Source of the DNA: Chlorokybus atmophyticus
Lineage: Eukaryota; Plantae; Mesostigma and Chlorokybus algae
Direction of reading: 5' to 3'
DNA length: 64,000 bases
NCBI GenBank assembly: GCA_009103225.1
Contig: RHPI01003369.1
Location: forward strand, 1,315,218 to 1,379,217
A program made the translations under genes and the position numbers. The notes under the pieces were generated by a model. It ran no database searches and had not been told where the DNA came from. It saw only the letters and a list, made by a program, of their open reading frames with translations. How positions within the stretch are numbered: position 1 is the stretch's first letter; each line of letters starts with the position of its first letter. Below are positions 15,801 to 29,091 of this stretch, piece after piece.

Positions 15801-18800
15801 GAGTGAGTGCGTGCGTGGGTCTGGGTGGGTGGGTGCGTGCGTACACGTGTGGACACGTGTGTTTATGTGTGGTAGCGAGCGACTCATACCATGTGGGCCT
15901 ACCCTTGTACATGTGCATATAGTACTAGTGCTCCCCCTGCAGGCCCACCTTGCGGAGGCCCGTGCCGGCAAGTATGCGGCGGAGGCCGACCGCGCCGAGC
16001 TCGGGGCCGCCCTCGCGCTCGCGGTGAAGGGGTACCACCGGTGCGAGGGGGAGATGAGGATGCGGGGGGAGGAGGAGCGGAAAGCGAGGGCGAAACTGGC
16101 GATGGTGAGGAGGACAGAGGATGTGTGCGTGTGGGGGTGGGGGGGTGGGTGCGTGGGCGTCTGCATGAGTGCCTGTTTGCGTGTGTCACACACATGGGAG
16201 GGGCCCAAAAGCGTGATACCTGCTATACTCGTGATACCTGCTATACTCGTGACTCACGGCATATATATACGCACAGAGTGTTGTCGCCATATGCGTCGTG
16301 GTGACCAACTCGAACACTGTTGTGTGTTTGTGTGCAGGCTGAAAAGAGGGAGGCGGGGTTGACGCAGCATCTGTTGCAAGCAAAGGACTCGGCCGCAAGG
16401 CTGGAACGTCAGTCGGAGGTGAGAGCCTGGCGTGTAGTCGATCATGAGTGAACGCAGGTTTTACATCAGCAACGTGCCATCACCGACAGGCGCAAGCGGT
16501 CAAGTTGAAGCAAACGGAAGAGAAGCTGCTGGAAGCCACTGGCAAGGTCGCGAAGCTTCTGGCCGAGCAAAAGGAGGTATGGTGTTCTACCCAAAACACA
16601 CACACGCACACGCATATGCACGCTCATATGTGCACACAAGCGCACGCACGCGCGCGCGCGCATGCACACACACACATGCAAACGCATGCATGTGACCTCA
16701 TACACACACTGTCATGCTTGCACAGCTCTCAAGTGCGCTGGAGGCCAGCCGTACAGATCTCCAGCTCACCAGCCACGAGCGCGACAACTTCATGGTGCAA
16801 GCGCGGGCGGACAAAGAGGAGAGTCGCGAGCTGGAGGAGAGAAGCAGAGAGCTCTGCGGGTACAGTTGTGACAACCATTGCATACAGTCAAGCACTCGCA
16901 CCACTGTTGCGTTGCGCATTGCCCATGCTTATGGTGGCTGTGAAGGTGGCTGGAAGACAGGGAACGGGTCATCACACAGCTGCAATCAGAAGCCACAGAA
17001 AGGGTAACATACTCGCAAGTGCAACACCTCAAGTAGTGGCTCTTACCCATAACTCTCACTGACACTCACTCACGCACTCGCACTCGCAACCGCACTCATG
17101 CTTACACCAACATCACCACCATCCAGGCCACCGACTTGTCCCTCGCCCGCAAGGAGTTGGACCTCTCCCTCCTGGAGGTGGACCGTCTCCGCGCCCACAC
17201 CGCGGCGCGCGAGCTCGACGTCGCGATGGGGGCGGAGCTGCTGGCGGACGCGCGGGCGGAGGCGGCGCGGCTGCGGGGGGAGAGGGATGCCATGGGTGTG
17301 GACGCTGAGGATGCCAGAGACAGGATGGAAGAGGCCGAGAAGGAGCTTGCGACGCACGCCGAGAATGCACAGAGGTAGGTAGGAGAGGAGGATATGTGGG
17401 TACACGCGCACGCACACGCACGCACGCACGCACGCACGCATAGATGTCTGTCTTGCGTTAGTGCGAGGCAGAAGTGCTGCATGTGCATAGGATGGGAAGT
17501 TGCAATTGATGTATGATTGCATATGCATGCGCTACGAGGTAGTAGTATGCTGCTGCATGCTACACAGCATAGCGCCTGATGATATACTAGCGCTCACTCG
17601 TATGCCTTCGATACCGAAAGGACGCATGCTGATATTGTTTGGTTGATCTGCAGGTAGGGCAGCATAAACGTATCACTGTCACACTAGCTTGACCAACCAC
17701 AGTTTGGGGGAAAGACTAACAGCGAGGTGCTTGCAGGCTGGCGATGGAGGCGGACGCTCTGAGGCGCAAGCTCATGGAGGTGGACAGCGCCGGCAGGAGC
17801 AGAGAGGCAGAGCTGCGAAGGGCCAAAGCACGAGTGGAAGAACTCGAGGCACGTAAACACGCACGCACGCACGCACGCACGCACATACGTGCACACGCGC
17901 GTGCTTCATCAACCAACACAACAATTCCCACCTGTCAGCGCGAGGCCGAGGTGGACCGCCAGGCCTGGGCTTCCGCTCACGGTCTGCTTCAGGCAGAGTT
18001 GGCCTCGCGCGGAGAAGCCGCGGACGAGTTGCGTCGCGAGGTTGCCGCTCTAACCGAAGCCCGCGACAAAGCTAGCGAGGAAGCCGCGCTGGCGAGGAAG
18101 GAGGCGGATGCGGCGGCTGAGGAGAAGAAGGAGTGGGAGGGGATGACGAATAAGAGTAACATAGTGAGGCAGTTCCTGCAGGTACGTGTCGGTGGGCGTG
18201 CGTGCGTGCGCGTGCGTGAACATCATCAACGTCAATGCCATGTTGTGATCATTGATGTTGACGATGTGATGCTTGCGTTCGGCAGGCTGAGGTGGCTGCA
18301 CTCAAGAAACAGATTCACGAGCTCAAGGCGATTGCCGATGTGGGTGCCATTGCGGTGATCAAATCACAGAGCGAGCAGCAGTTGAAGCAGGTACAGATTT
18401 GAACACAACATACACTCACGTGATCTGCCTTGAAGAACATCCAGAAAACACTGGATGTAGATTGAGGCTGAGCACGAGGCGGATACTGAGCGCATGCGTG
18501 CCGAGCACAAGCGGGAGATGGAAGAGGCGAGGACACGGTATGAGATTGATATCGCCGCGCTGCAGCATCGCCTGCGAGTGGAAGAGGCCGCGCACCAAGT
18601 GAGAGATCAACAGTGCATGAGAGCACACAACTTGGCAATGTGTCATGAAGGAGCTGAGCTTGAGGTGCTTTTCTCTGCGGCAGGTGGATGTGGACATGGC
18701 TGCCGCCGCCACCGAACACATGCTTCGTCAGGTGCTGATACATAAACCACATTTACAGACATTCAAACTGTGTTGGTGTGTCTTGAAGCTCACACACACA

Positions 18801-20250
18801 CGCACACCTCTGTTTACAGGTTCCAAGCGGTGCCTCAACAGTTAGCAGCCAGCAGGGTGCTCACAACACCGCATCACCCGGCGTGCGTTCAATGCGCGCG
18901 GTGGTGAACTGGCTATCATCAACATCACACATTCGCGCCAACATGCACGCTAACACCGATGCCGACATAAGCAGCAGCTCAACAAGCAGCTTCCCAATGA
19001 CGGTCTCACTTGAGCAAGCATCATCGCTCGCACAGGCCCTGTTGCTCAACAAAGTACATACCCACAAAGGTGTTGAGGACTTCTTTTACACTCGCGTTGG
19101 CGTGCGCCCCTTCGCGCAAGCTATCGCCTCGGCTCTGCGGTTATCAGCGGCAACGCACCAGCGCGAAGACGAGTTTGTCAACGTTCTGGCACTGGTTGTT
19201 GGGTGGGTAAACAACACCCTGCCGAAAGAAGCGGCGACCAACGTGGGTGCGTTGGCATCGTGTGCCCTTGGTGCCTTCAGAGAGGGTGAAGAGGGTGAGA
19301 AGGGTCTGAAGCTCGACACAGCAACAAGTGCCATACACGACTGTTTAAAGGTGAGTATTTTGTGCTTTGCCAGAGCCTTACAATAGTGCTATACAGAACC
19401 AGTATAACACATCACTAACACATCACTTGGAATCACAGCGCCTTGTTGATGCATCGGTGATTGCCACGCGTTTGACATCACTTCCCGCGCCTGTCAATCC
19501 ATCTGCTGTGTTCAAAGCGGTTGTGGCAATGTGGCTGGAGGCTAGCAACAATGCGAGCGTCCAGTTGGTGAGCGTGTTCGAGGCGTGCAACACTCCCAGC
19601 CGAGACGGATGTTGGGACTTTGAGCGGTTCTGTGGAGCGGTCGCACGCGTCAGCGACAGCGTCTCGCGCATACACCTCAAAGAGATGTACAAGGCGGCCT
19701 TGGAGCATTCTGGGGCTTCAGGCACTGTCATCAAACCAGAGGTGAGACACACGCACGCGCACGCACACGCACACGCACACGCACACAGGCGCACGCACAC
19801 GCACGCACATACACACACATGCGCTGCGCTGCGAATGGCATGTCAATACATGTTGGATGATATTGAGCGCAGGTGTTTGTGGAGGTGGTGAGGGAATGTC
19901 ACCCCCTGCACATGTTGTCTTCTCCACAAAGAGCCCTTCCAGACAGCACCTTGCACAGCCACACTGACTGGACAGTGCTATCCATCGCCAGCCAAGCTTC
20001 AGCACAGAGCCTCCAGCAATCATCTGCTCAGACACACCTGGCGGACGTGCACGGGGCCGAGGGAGAAGAAGTGAAGCGGGAGCTTGCGGCTGTGGAAGAG
20101 GGGTTGAAGGCACTGCTTCCAAGGAGGAGAGATGATGCGGATGGACAAAGCTTGCAGCTGGCCTGGAAGCGGTACAGGCGCTTGCTGCTTCAGTATTCGT
20201 CGTGCTTGCAGAAGGTTGAGGTGCTGCGAATCGAACTCAGGGATGGATGA
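12858..20250 (+). CDS. Large (~24-exon) coiled-coil protein with a C-terminal degenerate EF-hand-like region; function unknown
   Basis: In-phase exon chain traced from MVLHVSQ through GLAPAVVDRMYRTLYVHATG, many E/R/A-rich heptad exons, DFFYTRVGVRPFAQAIASALR and VSVFEACNTPSRDGCWDFERFCGAVAR, to LRIELRDG*. It spans an assembly gap and has two GC-AG introns. Confidence 0.75.
13735..19820. repeat. Dispersed intronic alternating purine-pyrimidine microsatellites (GT/CA/GC mixtures)
   Basis: Tracts such as gtgtgcatgtgcgtgtgcgtgtgtgc (~13850), gtgcgtgtgcgtgtgcgtgt (~15740), acacacacgcacacgc (~16600), gcacgcacgcacgcacg (~17410) and cacgcacacgcacacgc (~19760), all between exons. Confidence 0.85.
15055..15161. 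other. Assembly gap (N run) inside an intron of the coiled-coil gene, flanked by G runs
   Basis: About 107 N. End coordinate approximate. Confidence 0.95.
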
Positions 20251-20587
20251 TGTGTTGACAGTATCAATGACAGTGTACATGACTGTACAGAGGATACCAA
20301 TTTTACTTCAAGCGGTCGACATTACCATTGACATTACCATTTACCAATACCCATGAACCGTTGCACAGGTGCCTGTGTGCTATGGGTGCCACATAATCAA
20401 GTATAACTCGTGCTACAGGACAGCAGGGAATGCTCCAACATAGTGCATGCATGGGTGCATGCTCAAGTACACCGGGTATATGAGCTGATAACCATCCAAT
20501 CTAGTGTTGCAAGATGGTAGCGCACTGAACAACAGTTACAAAACCAGCAGCAACGCAATTAGCATTGTACGCAATGCAACGCTATCA

Positions 20588-23427
20588 TCAAGAAGGCAAA
20601 AGAAAGGCATCGGCTTCATATGCGACGAAGGGGATAACATCTAGAGCTCTGCGCGCAACTCTTGCATCTTCATGGATGCGCTCTATCAAGGCATCCAATG
20701 TCGGGAAATTGGCCTGAAAGAGACAATGACTGGTTGAGTTGCAACGCAACTGACTTGCAAGGACTACAGGTTATGTCGTACGAACAACTGCAACGCCAAG
20801 TGATTGAATACCTCTGGTCTGATGTACCCCACCACAACAAGACGGAGCTCTTGTCCGTAAAAGTCTTCAGGAAAATCGTGTAGTAACCAAGGTTCCTATC
20901 AAACAATTGCCCATGATATAAGTTGGCAAGTAACAACAAAGAATGCAGTTTGAGCCGCTGATCCAATGGATACAATACTTACCACTGTTTTTTGTTCGTT
21001 TTCAAAGAAAGGATTCCACCCGACACTCATGACCATCTTATGCACTGCTTTGCTGTTACCGACACTGCTCCAACCAATGTAGATGCCACATGTTGCCTCA
21101 GCAACCAGGTGCGAGAAAGCAGTTGAGGGCAGATTCGCTGCAACCAACATGTTCAGTTGGAGCATATCCCATGCATGCCATTGGTGAGAACACTGTCATG
21201 GTTGTAGTAGCTTCCATACCAGTTGGTATGCCTAGCATCTTGCTCCCCCTCCCAAAACCTTTGATGACCTCACCCTTCATTCGCCACGGCTCCATGACCA
21301 ACACGCCTTCAATTCCTATTGCAGTCCAATACTGAGTACTGCATCCATGGTACATTTTGGTCAGCATGTACGTCTTACATCAACACTTACGGTCTTCAAT
21401 GCTGGGCAGACCGTACTGCTCTGGCCTAAAGTCTAACATGGATGTGATGACCTCATCTGCGGGCTCATAGACCTCCTTAAAGCTCTTGCCTGGCAAGGAC
21501 GGCACCGCTATAACACGCATGCCTGCTGCCTTGGCTGCCTGCACCCCATGCCTGCAATGTAGTATTACATGTTTAACATCAACATGTAGAAGGTGCTGTT
21601 GTTTAGAAATTGCAAAAGTACACTTATTTATATGTCGCAAAGAGTCGAGCTGACACTCACGGGGAGTCTTCAAAAACAAGGCAACTTGCTGGTGATGCGT
21701 TGAGCCTCTTTGCAGCCTCGAGAAAACTGCGTGCAGCAATACTCCTCAGTTGCATGGGAGGGTGTTTTCACTTCAGGACGCACACCACATGCTTCAGACG
21801 GCTTGCCGGCCCATCACACACAGGCCTGACTACGCACATGTGAGGGCAAGGCTTGCACTCATGCACCTCATCGCCGCAGACAATCGCAGCAAAAGTGTAC
21901 TTCCAAACTGCACACAGAAGCCACAGCACTGAGATGAAGCCTATGTGTAAGCTGTCAAACCTACATGCATGGCAGACTCGCACCTGGGTAATGCGACAGC
22001 TTAATGGCTGTGGTTTTGCAGTCAGATGATGTCGCTATCGCCATGGGTATGTTGTGCGTTTTGAAATGCTCGACCAAGCGAAGAACGCCTGGCAATGGCT
22101 TCGTGCTGGGTAATCTGTCAATGCCAGCAATCACATTACTCCAAAGGGTGCTGCAGGACTTATACCTTCTGCCAATGGCAGCCATGCCCACAAAACCAGC
22201 GGCTTTGTCGACTAACATCAGCAGCAGATGCTCAACAGCCCGAGACATGACCATACAGCTGGCTACTGCTTGATAACATGAGACACAACTAACTGAGGAA
22301 CTGAACCCTGCCAATCAAACTCCAGGATGAACCATAGGTGCCACTGAAGGCCACTGTTGAGTACTGTTTCATGTGCGAGGAGGTACACGCAAAGGTTGCT
22401 GCCGCAATAAGCAACTGGCGCAAACAATGCGCTGTGCAAACGTGCACTTGTCAAGCACGCGGACAGTGATGCTTGTTGATCATTGCAAACCCGCTGCACA
22501 AACCGAAACACCCACCCACACACATCTTGTCACAACTGGGCCGTACTGCAGAGCTGACGACTCTGTGTGCTTTCAAGTGACAAGCTGCATGCGCGCACAT
22601 ACGAGTCATAGAGGCAAACCTGTCGAGCAGCATTGGGTGGCTCTGTGCAAGGTACTCTTCCACTGTGCATGGCAGCGACAACAGCGATATCAGCTCCGCC
22701 ACTGCTCGCGCAGGCGATTGACCCAGTCCACAAGCCGCAACCTTGTAACACATAAGAAAGGTGAGATAAGAACAAGAACAAGAACTCAACCTGTACACTT
22801 GCAGCAACAGCTAAAGCTTTCTGACATGTGTTTGTGTGTGCAACAGCAGTCATGTACGCATCACTTCACAGGGCAGCGAAGGCTTTTTTTGCAGAATTCT
22901 AATGACAATGTACGCACGACGCTTGAACTCAGACAACACCACAATTGCAACCACATGCGAGCCAGTAACACAAGCACGTGCTCTGCTTGCAATCGTAGCA
23001 TCTACAAGGAGAACGCGCAAGCAATCATGAATGTTTTGTACCTGTGGTGTGAACTGCTTGTCATACTGGGCAATGAGCGTCCGGGTAACGTTTGCCACAA
23101 GCCGCTCTGCAGCAACACTCGCTGCGGTCACCATGCAGGCAACACCCCAAACAGCGACAATCAAGGTGGAAACAAGCAGCAAGCAAATCCAACAAGACCT
23201 GCCAGCCATGCAACCCAACTCCAAACAACTACACACGGTTATTTGGATGAACGTACAGCAAGACCAACCCCTACTCAGCCCAACGCCACACAACAACCTG
23301 TGTCAAGCAAGGTCCCGTCCAGGTCGAATATGATATGCGTCACTGGGACAGCAGTGGCACTGCTGGCAGTCGAGGCGCTGTCACCAGCGTCCTCCGCCAC
23401 CTCCGCCGCCCCCGACGCCTCCGCCAT
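20588..23427 (-). CDS. FHY/RFK: Bifunctional FMN hydrolase (HAD) / riboflavin kinase, 10 exons
   Basis: HAD motif I (IIFDLDGTLLDT), AIATSS, CGDEVHECKPCPH|IFLEAA, LVFEDSP|HGVQAAKAAGM. Kinase part: GEVIKGFGRGSKMLGIPT|ANL, MVMSVGWNPFF, EPWLLHDFPEDFYGQELRLVVVGYIRPE|ANFPTLDALIERIHED. Stop at 20590-20588. Confidence 0.96.
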
Positions 23428-24066
23428 CCCGAACCCAGCAGCAGCAGTGCAGTGTGTTGTGTTGCCTTGTCCTGCCCGAGGCGGCAACAGCGGCGGCGGT
23501 CGTGGTCGTGATGGATGCTGTGTTCGTGATGGAGGTTATGGTGGAGCAGTGATGGTCTCTCGCGTGCTCAAGCTTGTGTTGTCTCGGAGCTGAGAGAGGA
23601 GAAGGAGCAGGGGTGGCGTTGCGGTTGCGTGACTGACTGACTCTTGCCCCACAGTGTAGGAGGTGAAAGGGATGTGATGGTGATTACAGGTGTTCCTACG
23701 TGTTGCTTCTGTCCCCCTGACGTTATGCAGCGCAACGTGAGCATGCCGCAGCAGTCTTCGACCTTCTTTCACAACGTCTGTGCGGCACGTCTGCACTGTG
23801 CACAAAGGTGCTTGCAAGCAGCTTTTCAGGGTGCGTTGCCCAGCTTCATGCTTGCGAGACTAGTCTGTATGCTACACGCAAAGTCGCCCGAGCTGTTGCA
23901 CGTACCAGGTTCACTAGCATTCTTGCATTTTCAACTTACTTTTTGGATGCGTTATGCACTGCAAGGACATGCACTAGGCCTACATTGTGCGCATAGCACA
24001 CCAGAGCTTTTTGCTTTTTGAGATTGTACACGGGCTTTATTGGGAACTTAGAATGGATTAATCAGG

Positions 24067-24211
24067 CAGTGCAACAATCATCCAATATCATGCATTATGA
24101 TAATGGGCGGACAGCGCGCTGTACAGGCGCGCGTCAATGGTCATTGAGGTGCACTTGTACAGCGCATTGTTCGCCCACATTCATGACGCAAGGTATGGCA
24201 TGGTTGCATTG
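24067..24211. repeat. Long imperfect inverted repeat (fold-back, ~145 nt) in intergenic DNA
   Basis: Arms 24085-24139 and 24142-24196 pair without gaps: 41 Watson-Crick, 6 G-U and 8 mismatches by hand count. Pairing extends to ~24067/24211. Confidence 0.85.
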
Positions 24212-25994
24212 ATGTGCCTAGGCTGACGCTCATGTTGTTATTCCAACAGACTCTTACTTCGATTTGGTAAGTCAGAAGCTCTGATGTTCGCTATGCATAT
24301 GTAGTGCATGTTGCAATGCTAAATCATTACCGCCCATCTCAAAAGCACACAAGTCTCACCACATGCAACTTGATTGACAAATATGCTGGGGACCTGTTCG
24401 CTTGTACGATTAAGTAGACAAGGCACAGACAAAGCAAACACAAAGGCGATTGTATGACGATGTGTGTGACTGCTGTGACATTCCATGAGGACATACACAT
24501 AGGGACAGCACCCTCGCTGTGCATGTCTAACTATGATGTTGCCTAGATGACAAACCTGCATCAACCTATGCCATGATGTACATGCCTTATGTAGACCTGC
24601 AAACACTGATCATTTGGCAATGGTCCTTGAAGCAGAGTAGAGTTTGGAGCCTAGCATTTGCAGTGCCAGCAGCTTGTCTACATACAGGTGCGCAAGCCAC
24701 AAGCCAACATGGGAATGGGTATGGCTGAACCAAGTTGAACGACAGCAACAACAACAACACAACCACGCAGACGCTTTTCGACTAGCACTTCGCTTCGGGA
24801 GGCCAAGGCTTCCACCGACTGAGTAGCTGCAGTAATTGCTTGGCTTCTTATCAGCGTGGTTGAACAGGTTGTGCGTTGCACGTTGTGTAGGTAATTTGCG
24901 GATGATATGCATGCTTGCATGTCTAACGGGGTGGTGGTAGTAGTGGTAGTGAAGATACTTCTGGATGACAATAACTGCCTGCATGCTTTTGGATACTCAC
25001 ACTTCTTGCATGCGCCTTCATACACCACATGGTATGTACACATTGTGGTGGTCACATGCAGTAGCGCTTGTGTAATTCACATACCAAACATGCCTTGCAC
25101 ACGGTTGCAATTGAGCTCTTTATGTGCAATGAGGTAGACAGGCAAAGAGTTCCAAGCAGCCCAAACACTTCTGTCACCTTGGTAAGTGTTCAGCTGACCG
25201 CAACTGTGCGCTGTGAACGTGAAGCGACTGCCACAGCAGTGCACGAGCGCACCAAACAGCATCACATAGACAAGCAGTAGCAGAAACTGCGCACACAATC
25301 TTACACATACGGTACGGGTTCTCCCTTGCACATACAGACAATACATAAATGAGACAGACAACAAGGGGCCCATGCGACTGCCTTGAGCCAAGTTCAACAC
25401 GCCTCTCAACGATCACCAGTACCACTGTCTGCGTGAGCCGCAATAATCAGCAGCAACGTGCAACAGCAAGATGACAGTGAGTGTGCAGCGCTGCCCAGCA
25501 CAGCCCAGGCCATGCATCCCGTTACACTCAACGCTTTCTGCGACCAACCAACAGCGGCGGTCGACGACAATGGCTCAAGCAGTGACAGGGACAGGCACAT
25601 ATATAGACTACCACGTTGACGACGGAATTACCATCCGTGAGCAGTACACTCTCCTGACAAATCCCAACCCACAGGCTTGCAAGCCATGCAAGGCTTTTGC
25701 ATTTCCTCAGATCAAAGCCAGAAATGGACAGCAAAGCCAAGCTGGCCATGCAGGCCAGAGCTTGGCTTCGCTGTCACACAGGCAGTGGTAAGACCTCGCT
25801 TTCAAAAACTCCCCCTCATCCTGCACCGGCTCCTCCTCCTTGTCCCTCTCCTCCTCTCTCGCCGCCGCCCTGCCACAGCCAAAGCCAGCAAGCGAGCCGG
25901 GGATTTTTCCCGCCTTTTTCTCCTGGCGCACACTAAGGCGGCGGCGCAGGAGGAGGAGGAGGAGGACGAGGCGGAGAGCTGGAGGCGGGACGCT

Positions 25995-28538
25995 ATGGCT
26001 GCTGGCGTGGTCGACAATGAGGTTCAGGGCGGTGCTGCGGGTGAGGCGGGCCTCACGGAGGCGGAGGCGGCGCTGTATGACCGACAGATCAGAGTGTGGG
26101 GAGTTGAAGCCCAGAAGCGGTAAGCTGCAAGCTGTTGTGCGCACTACACTCTCTGACGAAGCAGCCAGTTCCTTGAGTTTGCAACAAATGGATGCTCTGC
26201 AGCATGAGCGGCGCCCGCATTCTGGTGGCGGGGTGCTATGGGGTCGTCGCAGAGGTGCGTGCATGGTTGCCAGCATGCACTTTATGGTCTCTCACCGGCA
26301 ATAGCAGCTGTAACATGCCACAGAATAGAGTGCATGAAGTGCACACCTCACCAGCCTGACTCACCAAACATATGTATGTGCATGCATGCATACGCACGCG
26401 CACACGAGCATGCAGGCAGTGCACGCGCACTCGCTCAGACACGCGCACGCGCGCGTCTGTACATGCGCGCGCATAGTCAACTTTGTGCTGGCATCCATCA
26501 ACTATCACAGTCGTATGCGCATAAGCAGCGTGCATGTCGAGGATGCAGGTGTGCTGACTGCAATGCAGTTGTCTCTCGTTCGCTGTCTCTCATTGTCCAG
26601 TCCTCAAACTTCAGCGCAATTGTGACGTACTGCACATGAGCGCCCAGCATATCAACACTGGCACCTCGCATTACAACACTTACACGATTATATGACGGGC
26701 ATGCACGTCTTTATTTATATCCTTAGCTTTAATTGTTGGCGCATGCCTTTGGTCCAAGCCAACAGCTATGCTAGACAGCAATGAAACAGTCTCATGCTCG
26801 CAGACAGCCAAAAACATTGTCCTGGCGGGAGTCGGTTCCGTGGCAGTGCTGGATGACCGGCGTGTTGACTCGGAAGCAGTCGCCAGCAACTTACTGCTCC
26901 TTCCCGAACACGTCGACTCCGGGATAACCTGTGGTGAAGCATGCAGCCGGTCTTTGCAGGAACTCAACCCCATGGTGAAGGTGTCTCACGTTGGCGGTAA
27001 GCCACGGCAGGTGCTTGTCCAAATGTGCCTGTGTGCGCGCGTGCTTGCACATGCACATGCGTAACAAAATCATGCAGTAGCTCTGGCATACAAGTACATG
27101 GCATGCACGCATGCACAAACGCATGTATGCACAAGCGTTATGATCAGTACCTTGTGCGCGCTTGCATATGTGCACACGTGCGAACACAATGACGAGCAGC
27201 ACTGTTGCATTGCACGTTTCTCAGAATGAATCATTGTAATTTTCGTTTGCAGGCAGCCTTAGTGACAAGCCTCCTTCCTTTTACCATGAATATGATATTG
27301 TCATTCTGGGCAGATCCTCCCCAGCAATACTAGTAAGCTGCGAGCGAGGTTTATACCTTTCTGCTACAACAGAGTGTGTGACTTGATATTGCTGCAGACG
27401 CAAGTTGAGGAAGCATGCAGGCAAAGGAACGTCAAGTTCTTCTATGTGGATGTGCGAGGCTCTGCAGGATTCACATTCTCAGACCTAAACAGCCACGCGT
27501 ACACGGAACCGGTGAGCCACTATAGTCAGCTTGTTGAGGAACAACGTATCACTCGTACACGCATGCTCTTCTTAACACTTGCCAATGGACCTCTCTTAGA
27601 AACTGTAAGTTACAAGTGGATCTTTGTTACAACAATGAACCTTATGTGCAGCCGAAGTCAGACAGCAATGACGGACCGACCAAGCATATCATTGAGTATT
27701 GCACTTACAAGGTGCCAACAGCAGCATTGGCTTTGATCAGCTGACTGGTAGTCAAGACCATTGTACACGCTAAGGGCTTTCTTGCTTCTGGCAGGCTGCG
27801 ACAACCGTTCCATGGCAAAAGCACCACAAGAGACTGTGCAAGCTCTTCTATGCCTTTCAAAGTGGGATGAGTTCTGCATCAGCTAAAGTGAGTCAAGTTG
27901 TCATCAGCCTGACAACAGCCATGGCTTTCTGGCAGTTCTGGAGCTCTTTGAGGAGCAAAATAACAGGAGGCCAGGGCAAGTGCAGTCGAGTGACTTACCT
28001 GCAGTGTTGGAGCTGAGAAAAAGCGTTTGCGCTGAGCAGGTGCGGCTTGTGATGCGTCAATGCACTACATACGGCGCATAAAGCTCAAGAGAGCATGCAA
28101 CATTGCTATTGATCTGTTCCTTTGGACTGAAGTCTGTTGATTACAATACAATGTTGGGTTGCAAGTCATCCTTGTGCGTACTTTTGTGAACGACATACAG
28201 GCAGTTGAACAAGCAAGGTGTCCAGATTTTCTACTGGAAGAGCTGGTTGCTGCTGGGCCAAGGGAGATGCCAGCAGTTTGCGCAATCGTCGGTGGTGTCT
28301 TCGGACAGGTATGCTTACTGCCCACCAATCCTGCCATCTCTTGCAAGCATGCGACTTATAATCGAGCAATTTATGATCGCCAGTCAATTGTGTGTTGCAG
28401 TCAGTTGTGTGTAGCAGCAACTGACAGAGCCATGCTTAGGATGTGCTGCGAACAGTGTCCGGAAGCGGTGCTCCCATCAACAACTTCTTCTTCTTCTCCG
28501 TTGAAGATGGGGCAGGACTTGTGGAACGCATTGCTTGA
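25995..28538 (+). CDS. SAE1: SUMO-activating enzyme subunit 1 (SAE1/Aos1), 9 exons
   Basis: LTEAEAALYDRQIRVWGVEAQKR|MSGARILV, AE|TAKNIVLAGVGSV, SLQELNPMVKV, FFYVDVRGSAGFTFSDL, EMPAVCAIVGGVFGQ|DVLRTVSGSGAPINNFFFF. TGA at 28536-28538. Confidence 0.95.
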
Positions 28539-29091
28539 GCGCGACTTTGGCAGCCAGTACCCAAGGCTCGTGATGGACACAACTTCACGGTTGCCCGATA
28601 GTGCAGTATAGGTATAGTTTTTATCCTTGTTACTAGACGATATCTCTCCTGCTGACAGCAGTCCCTCTACATGCACACAACACACTGAAGGCACTGTGGG
28701 TGCAGTCCAGGCACATAGTACAAGGACGAGCAAAGCTGTTTAAAGTACTGTTGGAATGGTATCACCACACAACATACCGCGCACAGTGCTGGCACAGTAC
28801 CATACCCCTTAAATACAACCGGTTGACCATGAGCGCAAGAAAGAAAGGCGTTGCACTGACGCCTGCTGCAATTATGCCACCAACCACTTGTCACAAAGTC
28901 CCACATTGAGCATCACAAACTTCCACGACTTGCAATGACTGTCGGCTGAGCACATGCACAGGTGTGCGCAAATCAGCAGTGTACGCGTCACATGCGAAGC
29001 AGCAGCTAACAGCGCGAGCACTGTCACCAACACGTGATGTAAGCAAAGCGTTTCTATACCCAGGCCATTGCATGCTTACAAGAGGAGACCG

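Noticed and set aside
22373-23593. 406-aa plus-strand ORF
   Set aside because: Antisense to FHY/RFK; low-complexity Gln/Thr/His composition typical of intronic CA-rich sequence.
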